This document shows, one piece after another, positions 11,345 to 24,140 of a stretch of 64,000 nucleotides of DNA. A program made the position numbers and the translations under genes. Under the pieces are notes generated by a model. That model was not told where the DNA came from and did no database searches. It worked only from the letters and a program-made list of their open reading frames with translations. Each line of letters begins with the position of its first letter. Position 1 is the stretch's first letter. The DNA is from Paraphysomonas bandaiensis (lineage: Eukaryota; Protista; Chrysophyceae): NCBI GenBank assembly GCA_965644295.1, contig CBFFRP010000285.1, positions 62,001-126,000 of the forward strand, given 5' to 3'.

Positions 11345-12096
11345 CACAGAGTCCATGTCGACAACACATACTAATATATACAGTAAAGTATGGATTCGAG
11401 ACTAATAATAAAGTACTCGTGCTAGTTTTTATTACCATTTGCTCCTGTCTAGTTACCGATGATAAGAAATAATGGTAGTGTATAGTATAGCCAACCCAAT
11501 TAAGGTACATTTTACAGTTGATTTTTATAGCTAACGTGAATTGATTTTTATAGCTAACGCCTGTTGCTAATAGGAAGACATAGACTACTCCCTTTCGCCT
11601 ATTTTCACTACTCATATATTAATAGAATTACATGAACACCAACTGTTGCTGGATTCTATTTATGCTACTGTATATCATAAAGTGACAGTCTGCTTTAACG
11701 TAAAGGGTTACGAGCTGTTCATGTCACAAAACATTAAATAAAAGTACACACGCATCCTCACTGCTACCTTGTCGTTAAGTTTTTTATAAGTAATCATTTT
11801 CTTTCTTTCTTGAAGTTCAGAGTATTGTATACTATGAGCATGCATGTTAGGCTTTATATTTCAGACCAGTTACAAAAGCAGCCATCAGGCAATAGGCCTC
11901 ATATGACTTACGGTCTTGCAATGAAGCCACTGAAGACATGACGTGAATGTCCAGTTTCATGAAATCAACGACCCATGTAGTTCCGTTTCATGCATATTCC
12001 CAAATTCCGTTTCAACGACCCATGAGGATACGGCGATTGAAATCAAGATTAATGCGATTTCGTGGACAACTTGTGTCCCAATAACAAACAGAGTCA

Positions 12097-12221
12097 ATAC
12101 ATACATACATACATACATACATACATACATACATACATACATACATACATACATACATACATACATACATACATACATACATACATACATACATACATAC
12201 ATACATACATACATACATACA

Positions 12222-12253
<32 letters not shown>

Positions 12254-12647
12254 CATACATACATACATACATACATACATACATACATACATACATACAT
12301 ACATACATACATACATACATACATACATACATACATACATACATACATACATACATACATACATACATACATACATACATACATACATACATACATACAT
12401 ACATACATACATACATACATACATACATACATACATACATACATACATACATACATACATACATACATACATACGTACATACATACATACATACATACAT
12501 ACATACATACATACATACGTACATACATACATACATACATACATACATACGTACATACATACATACATACATACATACGTACATACATACATACATACAT
12601 ACATACATACATACATACATACATACATACATACATACATACATACA
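12097..12647. repeat. (TACA)n microsatellite, ~550 bp
   Basis: Near-pure array with a few TACG variants; ~110 bp upstream of WW gene ATG. Confidence 0.98.
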
Positions 12648-12757
12648 CGCATGTAGCATGTAGGGTTATATGTTATGTTAATGTGCCTATACTGTCATTC
12701 ATATAGTTGAACCTCTCTACAAGACCATACATTAATTTCATTATCTCATTGGTCAGT

Positions 12758-13365
12758 ATGTCTCTGCGTGGAATGTGGACGAAGCATTATACGTTAGAAG
12801 GGTCAGCTTTCTATTACAATGCATCTCTAAGTAAATCAAGATGGACCCCACCTGTTGATGGTGTTGTTCATGAAGCAGAGAAATTGAAACCACCTACAGA
12901 TGATAGTGTGGCTCCTGAAGCAGGTGAAGTATCGTTACAAGAAGTTTCTAGCAGTGAAACTACTGAATTACCCCCTGAACAAACCAAACCTGTCGATCCT
13001 AGTGAAACTACAAGGTTTATATGACACAACACAGAGATTAATGTCCTCTGAAACTTTTTGTTTAGCAATAGTGATAAAAATGTAGTTAATAGTAGTAAGA
13101 AAAGAGGGTGAGTGGTATAGTCGTGCCTGACAATGTCTAATTGATACGACGCTATAGCCCTGATCCTGCTGTAGAGGATATGACTGATAAATTACTTCAA
13201 GCAGTGGCAAGTCAACAACAACAGATAAAATCAAAGAGGTCGAAAGGCGATTCAAAATCTGTTGGCTCTAACTCTCAGAAATCTGATTACCAGAAACTGG
13301 TGAATACATACGAAGCTATGGCAGGGGAAAAAGCTGAGGAAGGGTCGAAGTGGCTCGTTAGATAA
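12758..13365 (+). CDS. Small WW-domain protein (multi-exon)
   Basis: MSLRGMWTKHYTLEGSAFYYNASLSKSRWTPP (WW pattern); GT-AG introns; last exon ends EEGSKWLVR*. Confidence 0.75.
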
Positions 13366-14109
13366 TCAACACAGGAATTATATTCGTCAGACTCTTAGAT
13401 TGACTGTTCAGGTTGTAATAGATTGTGGAGTATCCGTTTGGATGGCATTGAGCTTATTATGCGATACTTTTTTGCAGCTATGCTGCTTTATTTTTTCTGT
13501 AGGTTTTCTTCAATTTAGTAATAATTATGTCTTTGATGAAAGAATTATGTGTTCTGTTGTAGAGGAGTAACGATGAGATATACTCTTCCTTGCTATCGCA
13601 TATAACATGTCATATCACGCAATAAGAAATACACAGAAATCATAACTATAGAGCGAGGCAACATTTTGTAGGTGTAATATTTCGATACACGATACACTGT
13701 TAAATATTCTTTACTGCTGAAACATTAGAATGTCATTTCGATATAAATAACTGATCAGGATCACTAAGCAATGATTTCTATAGTTATTATGATTACAAGG
13801 TATAAAGTATAAGAACAATTTCTATCGAATATACAAGAAGCAACTTTACACACACAGAAAGATGACAAAAGTATTAAAAATACTCATAAGAATTACCCTT
13901 TTATGTTAAATTAAAAAAAGTAAAATAGCAAGGAAATTGATTTTTTCCGTCGTCGTTCTGTGTGTGTTCATTTATAGGGTTATGTACTTAAGGCTTTTTG
14001 TGTAACACACACAAAACGACATTTACGTTTCAAATACTTTAACTACATCTAGACTACTCTTAGGGAACAATGTAATTGATACGAAATGTAATATGTAGTA
14101 TATAGATGT

Positions 14110-14221
14110 CGGGACTGCGTATCAATTATTGTCAATTATTAGAATTGCAATTGAGACAGCAAATATTAATTGAAATTTTAATTGGCTACAACCTGCGCCA
14201 ATTACTTGATACGCAGCCCTG
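14110..14221. mobile_element. hAT-type MITE
   Basis: Imperfect TIRs CGGGACTGCGTATCAATTATTG / CAATTACTTGATACGCAGCCCTG; 8-bp TSD ATAGATGT (14102-14109/14222-14229). Confidence 0.8.
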
Positions 14222-14424
14222 ATAGATGTATAGTGCTTAGTACTTAGTAGTATGTAGCATGTAGTATAGTACAATACATGAACTAGTGAAAGATGTATTG
14301 TATTGCCAGTATTGGAATTTCATCAATTGTGTTTCAACGGCAGCAATTCGTAATGCTATATACTTTTCTTTGGTCTAAACACTTTAATCGTACTTTACTT
14401 GCAATCATATTACTACAAGACTGG

Positions 14425-16747
14425 GAAAAATTTAATTTTGGCCCTTTTTGGCCCTCGGCCCGCTAGGGCCCTCGGCCCGCATTTGGCCCTCTACTACAAC
14501 TAACAATAATAACAATAATTCTTAATTAAAAACACACACAACACACACTACAACCACAAGCAACAATAACGCACAAAGCAAAGGGCAGTATTACGCACAA
14601 AGCAAAGGGTCAAATTTAGCAAGAGTTATTAATATCTTAAGCAAGAGCAACTTTATACCAAAACATTTTTCGGAGCTGGGGGCTCCCCACGCTTCGACTC
14701 TACGAGCCGGCGTCCACTGCCCCCAGGCCCCCGCCCCTAAACAACGCCGGGGCCGGCCCCACCGGCCCTATTCCGGCGTTTGGCGCCGGTCTGAGCCCTG
14801 CCGGCGGCAACACAGCATGTCTCAATCTCCTCGGTGAAAGCACAGTCTTCGGCTGTCACTGTAGACTCCTTGCCACATCCAGTGTATTTCACTATCTCCT
14901 CAATTGAAATACAATCATCAGTGGGTACATCGACAACATATCCATTCTGCAGTCGGCACTGCTCGCGATAGCCAACGATGGACCCCTCGTAAAATCCAAC
15001 TCTCACCACCTCGTACATGCACCCATCCTCAGGATCATAGTGGCTCTTCCCAATCAAAAACTTGTATTGGTTGAGCTGCGCAAACTTAGTCCTTTGGACT
15101 GACCTGTCCATTTCAAATGCAGCGTAGTCCTCTGGCAATGTGAATTGCTGGAATGGCAGATGTTTCGGCCGGGATGCATGACCCCTGAGAATTTTGTTTC
15201 GAAGTTCGACGTATTCTTGACTTAGCTTCCGAATAGTACTCACATATAACACCACGGAAGGATGCGCAGTGGGAAAAGCCTCGTTCAGCTTTCTGTTAAA
15301 CCTTTCCAGTGGATTGTTGGTTCTATTAATCAAGCGGGATGTTGATGACTCGTCTGTTACAATGCCATGCACATTCCAATCATTAGGATCGGATCCAGTT
15401 ACAGGCTTGCCCTCAAAGTTCCGTTTGATAGCATTCATCAGACCCTTCTCGAAATCCACTGAGCCATTGATGATCTCCATCATGAAATCTGTTGAGGCCT
15501 TACTCAAATAAAGAGCCATGGAATACACTTCTTCAAACTTCGATTGCAGCAATATATAAAATACAGGAATGTATAGGGACGAGGCGTAGTCATATATCAT
15601 AATTACTAGACACTGAGAAAATCCCTTTGGCACACATTTAAAAGTACAGTCTATAAACAGATGGACCGGACCACCCTTTACAATATTGATTAAATCAGGA
15701 TGTGCAAAGCCAATTATCTTCTGCATCTGATTGCTAACATTGATTGAAGTATTGAACTGTAAAAATAGTCTCTCGTCGTCATCAGCACAGTTCACAAGCG
15801 GATACGACGATATAATTCCTTCCCAATCATTGAACTCTAAACGTCTACACTGATACACCAAAGCTTTGAGTTTCGACGTTTCGAGATATCTATATGGCAT
15901 TCCTACCGAAATAAGCAAAAGAAAATGAAGTGAAAACAGCAAAAAGAAAAAAATATCAATTTTCTCACCGAGCTGCTTATATTTCGCTCGCGTTGTTTCC
16001 GCAACTTCATTTGCAATCGCAATGGAGGACTTCGAAACATCTTTCAACGCCATTGCTTCACAAAGTTGTTTCATTTCACCACTTGCGTCATATACACCTT
16101 TACAAAACGACGACCTCTCCTTGGAATTATCATCAGATGTTGGTGAATCTGAAGGCAATATAAAGATGGCGGCACCACATTTGTGCTCCTCTTTCCCCTT
16201 TGAAATTATCAGTTTTTCATCAGATTCTTCTGCTTGCTCGTGAACAAGAATTGTCAATTTAGCTGGACAGCCACATGTTCTTCCTTTCCGGTGTTTTGAG
16301 CACCGATAATAACCCTTCAAATTTCCTAAATATATGGATCAGTGGCTTACTGATAGAGAATATATTATACCGAACCATCTTGAAGCCTCTTCCTCTGCTT
16401 GATAGTGTATCTGAAACCTTCCCACTGAAAAGTTGTAGGGAGATCATCGCTATTACAACTATCTTTTCTCCCTGATTCTTCTGAATTAGAATCATGCATT
16501 ATTAATCGCCTGCTTGATGACAAAATTATTAATGAATTTGTATTAAGTTTTCAAAAAGTCGAAATTAAAAACTAATCACATTAGTTTTTTCAAAACTCGA
16601 AATCTTTAAAAGACAATAACTGAAATAATATAACAAATCAAAATCTTCAGGAGGCAAAAACTGAAAAAAATTAATTTTAGAGGGCCCGCGGGGGGCCGCG
16701 GGCCCGCGAGGGCCGAGGGCCCTGGCGGGCCGCAAAAAAACCTTATC
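14425..16747 (-). mobile_element. Mutator-like (MULE) DNA transposon, internally deleted
   Basis: 9-bp TSD CAAGACTGG (14416-14424/16748-16756; 10 bp if the terminal G is included); imperfect ends with inverted GC-rich GGCCC subterminal repeats; MULE transposase inside. Confidence 0.88.
14737..16499 (-). CDS. MULE transposase (FLYWCH/WRKY-like Zn finger + DDE), in-frame internal deletion
   Basis: Exon 1 MHDSNSEE..FQWEGFRYTIKQ spliced to GYYRCSKHR..CPAKL..HKC; LFIDCTFKCVPKGFSQ, VDFEKGLMNAI, RTNNPLERFNRKLN; introns ~16327-16376 and ~15903-15968; CxxH segment missing. Confidence 0.8.
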
Positions 16748-16770
16748 CAAGACTGGGCTAGCTCCGTTGT

Positions 16771-17064
16771 TATTGAGAAACGCTCATTTTACACTAGATC
16801 ACAGAGAGAATTTGTCGTAAGACTAGATAGATTTATTAATATCGTTTACACGAAGTTGTGATAACCAACACTAACTCATTATAATCCCTGCATAATATCC
16901 TACATATGCGAACCTCTCGTTACTGAACATATCTTGAACGATCAAACTATTTCAGTTTCTCAATATCATCACAGCATTTGTACATCACTATATTTCACTG
17001 TATTCTCGTACATTGTCTTGAAGTGACATACTGAATATACTAGAATAAGATCCATATTCTAATA
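16771..17064 (-). mobile_element. Solo LTR (copia-related family)
   Basis: TATTGA...CTAATA termini, 5-bp TSD GTTGT (16766-16770/17065-17069); reverse strand has GAAACTGAAATAG..TTCAAGATATG core. Confidence 0.78.
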
Positions 17065-17368
17065 GTTGTTGTGAAAACGTGATATCACGTTCCTGTGGGA
17101 AATAGTTGAAGTTGGAAGTGCAGACGTATAAGATATGTAGGAAATAATACATTACATATCGGCTCAACACTAAGAAGAAAATAATATAAGTTTGCACCAG
17201 CTCATTTTCGCACAGATATGTAGTATTATATTATGCAATGGTGCATTGGAATCAATCTATGAGGTCATGGCAGTATCTACGAAATATTTCATCACAGCAT
17301 GATAGTTCCTAATTGAATAACATTTCGGTCAGATACAGTTGACAGAAGGTCTACGCTACTTCAAGATA

Positions 17369-17982
17369 TTATTTTACAGAATTTTTGTTTCCTGATTTTC
17401 TCTTTCCCGCCATTACTCCCTGCATTATTGTAGAGTGATATGAGAGATAGATTTAGAGAGAGTAAAGACCAGACCTGACTCGGGCCACGGGGAAGACCGA
17501 TTAAAGTATCGTATCTCTCTAACATTTCTTCGTCGCTAACTGTGCTGTGCTTACTGCGTTTTTCCATTTTACGATCTAACCTATCGCTGTTAATAAGTTG
17601 TGCATACTGCCGCTCCACTATGGAGTTGCATCCTCCAAAAGATCGACGACCAGGACATGATTGATAAACAACATTTTCATCAATCTCACAACATACCAAT
17701 CTGTCTTCAGGAAGATGAGAAGAGGTCTCACCAGTTGTCCAATCAGCTTCATTTAATTTCCGTCTCTTCATTGCTTGCTCTTTCTCTTGTTGTTTCTCTT
17801 CAACTTTTCTTGCCATAAACTAAACACTTTATATTAATAATAAAACAATATACATTCAAATAATACACCTTCATAGACATGACTGACTTAGAAAGCAGTG
17901 GTTTGGTATCATTGGAAGGCAATGAGCTTTTAATAGGCTCAGTCTCTGTTGTAACAGGTTTACGAAATTTTTTTGGTGCCAT
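17369..17982 (-). CDS. MPP6: M-phase phosphoprotein 6-like exosome cofactor
   Basis: LLSKSVMSMK|FMARK and PGRRSFGGCNSIVE motifs; 2 introns. Confidence 0.75.
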
Positions 17983-18049
17983 AAACTAGCTATATATGAT
18001 GTGTATGTCTACTAATATGTCTACTTCTGATGTGTCATATAATATGTGG

Positions 18050-19419
18050 TTAGTTGAGTAATGTATGTGTCATGAGGTTTAATAAGCAGTCGGATGAAGA
18101 GGCAGATAGATGCAAGAGGAAGTGGTCACTGGACATCAGTCTCCTCCACAGCATACTACAGGCAGAGAGTACCTATAATTAATTGTACCTATGTACGTGT
18201 TTGTACCGGTGTACATGTACTTGAATATTTCAAGAAGCCATCACTGTATATGTATATCAGTACAGACACATAATAAACCTGCTGCGTACCTCCATAAATA
18301 CACTATGAACAACTCACACACATATGTACTTCTTTACATACACTCCTCCATATACAGCAGTACATCTCCTCACAACATACCATCACATCAAACTCCGAGT
18401 CCACTTAACTAAACCACATTCATTCCATACCATACCATACCATTCATATATAAAACATGTCATCCTCATCAAATGAAACAAGTGATAAGTCTAATTTTCT
18501 TAATGAAGTAAGTAGTTATACTCCAACAGTCCCTCATGCTGTTATACAGTATGAATTATCGAAATGTGGGATAAATATAGAGGACCCTAAAATACTCCAT
18601 CTTATATCTATTGCAACTGATAGATTTCTTGCTGAAATTATATATGAAACAAAACAATTATCAATAATGAGAGCAAAAAATATGAAAGGAAAATCAAAGC
18701 GTAAAGCAGAGGAGATTACGGACACTATGCAGTTAGAAGATCTCAGTAGAAGTTTAAAAAAACGGAGAGTATCATTACGTACACGTACCACTGGTATGCT
18801 CAAATAATGCTAGCATGTTGTGAAGTTTACATATGGTGGAACGGTATGTTGATTGGATCGTGGTGGAGTCCTGTAGTTCTCTTGCCGTGTATTACGTGTA
18901 ATATCTAGAGCAAGTACCTTGCCTTATTAATTGATATAAAATTTGATTGTTTTGTACTTGTAATACATCTACGGTGGTACGCAGGGTGGCCTGTACCTGT
19001 AGAGCTTTCCATGTCTTTCCCATTATATTTGAGATTTTATTAAACTTTAGACTACGACAACACCACAAGCAACTACATGTTTGTTTATCTTAGCCATGTG
19101 TCGAATTTCTTACTGTCACAATGGTTTTTGAAACAAATTGTTTGGTATGAACACATCACCGCCGTTGGTCTCGTGGAAGAAAACGATATCTTGTAGATGC
19201 TGCTTATCAATATTTCAATTAATTGAAATTGGGACATTCTAAAATTGGATAGTTGAATATTTAATCCATCTAAAATTTCTACAAGTAATTGCAATAGTTG
19301 AGAATTAATTGATGCGTTAAGAATACCATCAGTTAGATCGTGGCAAGTTATAATTGGAGTAAGGATATTAGTTATTACACAAAACCCTCAACAAAGTCGG
19401 ACTCGCACCTTTTCGTGGT
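18050..19419 (+). repeat. Segmental duplication copy 1 (TAF10 locus)
   Basis: Colinear similarity to 22406-23791, near-identical over 18724-19419 vs 23139-23791. Confidence 0.9.
18457..18807 (+). CDS. TAF10: TFIID subunit TAF10
   Basis: YTPTVPHAVIQYELSKCG..DPKILHLISIATDRFLAEII..TMQLEDLSRSL histone-fold pattern. Confidence 0.88.
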   Translation: MSSSSNETSDKSNFLNEVSSYTPTVPHAVIQYELSKCGINIEDPKILHLISIATDRFLAEIIYETKQLSIMRAKNMKGKSKRKAEEITDTMQLEDLSRSLKKRRVSLRTRTTGMLK

Positions 19420-19564
19420 ATTCCGTAGAATAAGTACCAGGGATATTTCTCCGAGAAAGTAACGTGAGCCGCATATATAGTCAGCATATAGCAGATTGTA
19501 TTCTGGCCACTGATTGCCAAATGCTTGTGTGGTAAAAGGGACAGTAATTTGTGTGTTGATCAAC

Positions 19565-19930
19565 CAGAGGTTGATATAGAGTATAAAACTATGCTGGTGA
19601 TGTGTTTTTTATGACAACGCTTAATTACCTATGCAATAATAATAATCAATCTAGTCTAACGACTTAACTTTCCTTTCATGATCGAAACAAGTTAATATGT
19701 TCAAAAATCAATATAGTAGCGAATGCGGAGGAGAGAAGGAGGATAGAGCCGACGTACCAATGGTTCGACGAGAACAATGTCGCGCAGTGGATTGAAGACT
19801 TGGAGGCTTTCTTGCTGCATAAGGAACAGAATGAGGTTGCGCTTGAAATGCCACCAAGGGAGGAGGACTTCGGGATCCCTCCGCTGAACAAGATTGAAAC
19901 CAAATCATTTAAACAAGCTGAAAAAGATTT
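19565..19930 (+). mobile_element. Degenerate copia fragment: LTR 3' half plus gag N-terminus
   Basis: 19565-19713 resembles 5990-6147, ends TCAATA; followed by (M)VANAEERRRIEPTYQWFDENNVAQWIEDLEAFLLH, like the Gag start of the intact element. Confidence 0.65.
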
Positions 19931-20884
19931 ACCCCATTCCGAGGGCGTGGTCATAGTGTAGGCTCGCTGGTACACAACCTTTAACGCCGAGATTTTGCAC
20001 TGATTCTACCACCGGCCTACCAAAGTAGCTGACCTCATAGATCACGCACAGATTCTGTTGCCGCCCCGCCCGTGTTCACCTGTGCTAAGATTACGCGGGA
20101 TTTTTCATAGCTATGCATGATTTATATATGTAATCTTGTTATGAGGCCATTGTTGTACTGTGTGTGGTCTCCATATCCCTTTGGTGTACAGGGGACTATA
20201 ACTTATGTTATTTATGGTTCTTGGAGCCGTAACTCCCCTAGAATATGTGTCATCATAGACTTGACTACTGTACCAAATATGAACATTAATAATTAACCAG
20301 TTATGGAGCGCTGGTATGTGTTTGCGATATACCTTCAGGGCGTCTTTTAAGTAAGTTAGTTTTTCTCGTATCGGCATCGTTTGTATATTTTTGTTCAAAG
20401 ATGCCTCATATATTGAGACAACAATTATCTGTATTTCAGCTGTACTTGTATATAGGTACTATAGAAGTGTTTTGCTTCAATTTATTTCCGAAAAAATAAG
20501 ATGCTACGCACAACTGTTTCGTTGTGTTACTGTATACACTGTATATACTGTATACTCCAGGATGATACTCTCGTATGCCATGATAGGAATTCCAAGAGTA
20601 ATACGAATAATACCGTGTAATACGTAAGAAGGTAACATTCTTCTTGTATCTTCAACCAACTCACACTCTACATACATACATACACATACCATACACCATA
20701 CGGTCGTAGATACAGCAGTGTGTTCCATAGATATGCATGCATACATGAATGGGGTACATACATATATATCTGCTGCATATCCATATCCATATATAGCAGT
20801 GTGTCTTTCATTGTTATCTCAAATATTGAAGGTCAGTGTAACTTCATCTCGTCAACCAAACAAGTACAGCAGGCCGTAGATATA

Positions 20885-22172
20885 ATGGTAAGTGATATTA
20901 CATATAGACATTCTCACTCGACAATAATACTCTTGCCATATCTATCATATTATATAGATATCAATACCACGAATCATACAGCGCTTTACCAACCTCCCAA
21001 AACAGTCCAAGAACACCATGAACGAATGTATTTCCGAGGTTTTAGACTCAACAAATCAAGAAAATCGGAGAATATGGTGGAAAAGTTACGTGGAATCAAA
21101 CCAGTACGATCTTAAGAACTTTTTTCATGAGTGGTTGATTTACATTCCTGTCCCACCTTCATCTCAGCATACAACTGGAAATCCTGACTCTCCTGGATAT
21201 TATATAGAGAAGTGGGACTGGCTTGCAAACACTGAGAGCGGCTTAAAATTGACAGCACATGATTGTGATTTCCGTGCCTGGTTCGTTGATTTTCTTAACG
21301 CACATGGTGAGTATGTCAAGACTTCGGTTGATCTTCTTCCTCCATCTGGACAAACCGCTATTGAATCGTGGTACACCTTTCCTGGCACTGAGGCACACCC
21401 ATTTGATATCAATGATTACATCAAGCCACCGGGTGGGTTTGCGTCGTTCAATGATTTTTTTCTGCGTAAGGTGAAAAGTGGATTGCGTCCCGTGGACAGC
21501 TCAGATATTGTATCTCCTTCTGATGGTGGCATATTCTTCTTGATTGACCCACGTCAAGAAAACCAACGCAATCTGTATGATGGCGTCGAACTTCCTGGGA
21601 AATACAATGACCAGTTTACCATCACAGATGGATTTCCCTACTGGGAACATTTTGTGGGCGGTGCTGTGCTTGATATCTTGCTATGGTTTACAGATTACCA
21701 TCACTTTTTCGCCCCAGTCACCGGGACTGTAGTATGTATGGCGGACTATGCAGGCTCTTACAATTATGATTTCAACAATTTTAATGCCAAGGTCCCAACA
21801 GCTGCTGCTCCGCCCCAAGAAAGCGACCGAGTTGGGTGGTACCTCAAATTTGCGAAACACCGACGATTTGTGTGGATCATTCAGACGCCTACAATGGGTC
21901 TCGTGGCCATGTCTGCTATTGGTTTTTGGGGCGTAGGATCGATTGTCACACGTGATAATGGGGACGGCACATGGATGACCGGTGCTCGAGCAGTAATGCC
22001 CGGGGATAAGGTGAAAAAGGGAGATTATCTGGGTCATTTTGGCTACGGTGGCTCGTCGATAGTTCTTGCGTTTGAGAAAAATCGAAACATTGATTTTCTG
22101 GTTGGATCTTCACCAGATCATCCAAGGCTGATTAAAGCGGGCGGCTCAATTGGAAATTATGATACTCGTTAA
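20885..22172 (+). CDS. Phosphatidylserine decarboxylase-family (pyruvoyl-dependent) enzyme
   Basis: FNDFFLRKVKSGLRP, SPSDG, DYHHFFAPVTG, HFGYGGSSIVL; main exon 20958-22172; probable ATG-only first exon (ATG|GTAAGT 20885-20887, intron 20888-20957). Confidence 0.85.
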
Positions 22173-22405
22173 GCACCTTGATCGCCTAGCGATTTATGGG
22201 CAATACACATTTGTTGTGTGGCTAATTAGTTTATTATATTTATACTAGCTTCAAATGTAAGCATAAATCATTTAAATTAAAAATAAAGGAAACCGAAACA
22301 AGCGAATGTTCCTCTGTAGGAGTGTTTTCGTAGACATGCTACCAGGAAGTTACCCATATTTCGTAATTCTGTTGTGAAATTTGAGCATCTACAAGGGCAT
22401 TCACT

Positions 22406-23791
22406 TTAGTTGAGTGATGTATATGTAATTAGCTTTAATAAGCAGTAGTATATGTGGTCACTGAACATCAGTCTCCTCCAAAGTATATACTACAGGTTCT
22501 ACAGCTGTACCTGTCAACCTGTACTTGAATATAGCAAAAGGTATTAGGATTCATCTTAACATAAGGTAGTATATGTAAAATATAATGTTCAATGAAATAT
22601 ATCATGAACTGAATTAATGATTATATTGAATTGAAGATACTTGATCGTCATCATAATGATCGTCATTTCCGTTACACCTCTAACTATTCTACAATGATCG
22701 CTGTTCTACATTATTATGCACTTTCTCTACATTATTGTGTTATTCACTTTACATTCAAATAATCACAACATTAGAAGTCGTCATTGTATATGTACCACTT
22801 TTATCGATAGTTGTCTCTGTTGTACATGAAATGTAAATACAGTGTACATCAGTACACTTAAACTACCTGCTGTGTACCTCAATAAATATGTTCCTTGACC
22901 TATCCCACCTACTTCAACTCTACACACAGATGTACTTCTTCATATACACTCCTCCATATACTACAGTACATCCCCTCACAACATACCAGCACATCAAGTC
23001 CGAGTTCTCTCTCAACTAAACCACAGTTATTCCATACCATACCATACCATTCATATATGAAGCTTGTCATATCCTCATCAATCCTCATCAAATGAAGCAA
23101 GTGATAAGTCTAATTTTCTTAACGAACTAAGTAGTAATACTATGCAGTTAGAAGATCTCAGTAGAAGTTTAAAAAAACGGAGAGTATCATTACGTACACG
23201 TACCGCGGGTATGCTAAAAAAATGCTAGCATGTTGTGAAGTTTACATATGGTAAAACGGTATGTTGATTGGATCGTGGTGGAGTCCTGTAGTTCTCTTGC
23301 CGTGTATTACGTGTAATATCTAGAGCAAGTATCTTGCCCTTATTAATTAACAGGTCTGTGTCTGTAGAGCTTTCCATGACTTTCCCATTATATTTGAGAT
23401 TTTATTAAACTTTAGACTACGACAACACCATAAACAGCTACATGTTTGTTTATCTTAGCCACGCGTCAAATTTCTTACTGTCGAAGTGGTTTTTGAAACA
23501 AATTGTTTGATATGAACACATCACCGCCGTTGGTCTCGTGGAAGAAAACGATATCTTGTAGATGCTGCTTATCAATATTTCAATTAATTGAAATTGGGAC
23601 ATTCTAAAATTGGATAGTTGAATATTTAATCCATCTAAAATTTCTACAAGTAATTGCAATAGTTGAGAATTAATTGATGCGTTAGGAATACCATCAGTTA
23701 GATCGTGGCAAGTGGCAAGTTATAATTGGAGTAAGGATATTAGTTATTACACAAAACCCTCAACAAAGTCGGACTCGCATCTTTTCGTGGT
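22406..23791 (+). repeat. Segmental duplication copy 2 (TAF10 locus)
   Basis: Copy of 18050-19419 with an LTR-like insert (~22542-22770) and TAF10 internal deletion. Confidence 0.9.
23064..23222 (+). pseudogene. TAF10: TAF10 pseudogene
   Basis: ATG changed to TTG, 204-bp deletion (18523-18726 equivalent) at ACT microhomology, stop codon lost. Confidence 0.85.
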
Positions 23792-24140
23792 GTTCTGGGA
23801 TTATATTAGATATTATAATAGATGTACATTGTATGCAATAATGCAAGGTAAACTCGAGAGTAATGTCCAATTTAAACACAGCACATTATAACATGTCATG
23901 ATAGGTGATTAATTTCGAGCAACGTAGTATGTAGAAGTATTATTAAAGCACTTTCTATGTAAGAGATACTTCACACTGATATATACAGCTTTCTTGGGTT
24001 GTGCGGTATAATCTACAAGAGCACTTCATGCCTAAGTAGGTAGCACACAGTAAAATTAGAAACGAATGTATAATCTTATTTACATCAAAACAAGTAGACA
24101 TCGAACACAATTCGTATGGACACAGGCACAAGACATGATA

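Noticed and set aside
11943-12706. Long TYIH/MYVC-repeat ORFs (also 30216-30700 and 40862-41644)
   Set aside because: Artefacts of stop-free TACA/TATG microsatellites in all frames.
19085-19294. 69-aa ORF present twice (also 23450-23659)
   Set aside because: Conservation is explained by the recent duplication; no protein motif.
22542-22770. Solo-LTR-like insert (TATT...AACA) in duplication copy 2; similar TG..CA segment at 33279-33470
   Set aside because: No TSD or second copy in the window, so not listed as features.
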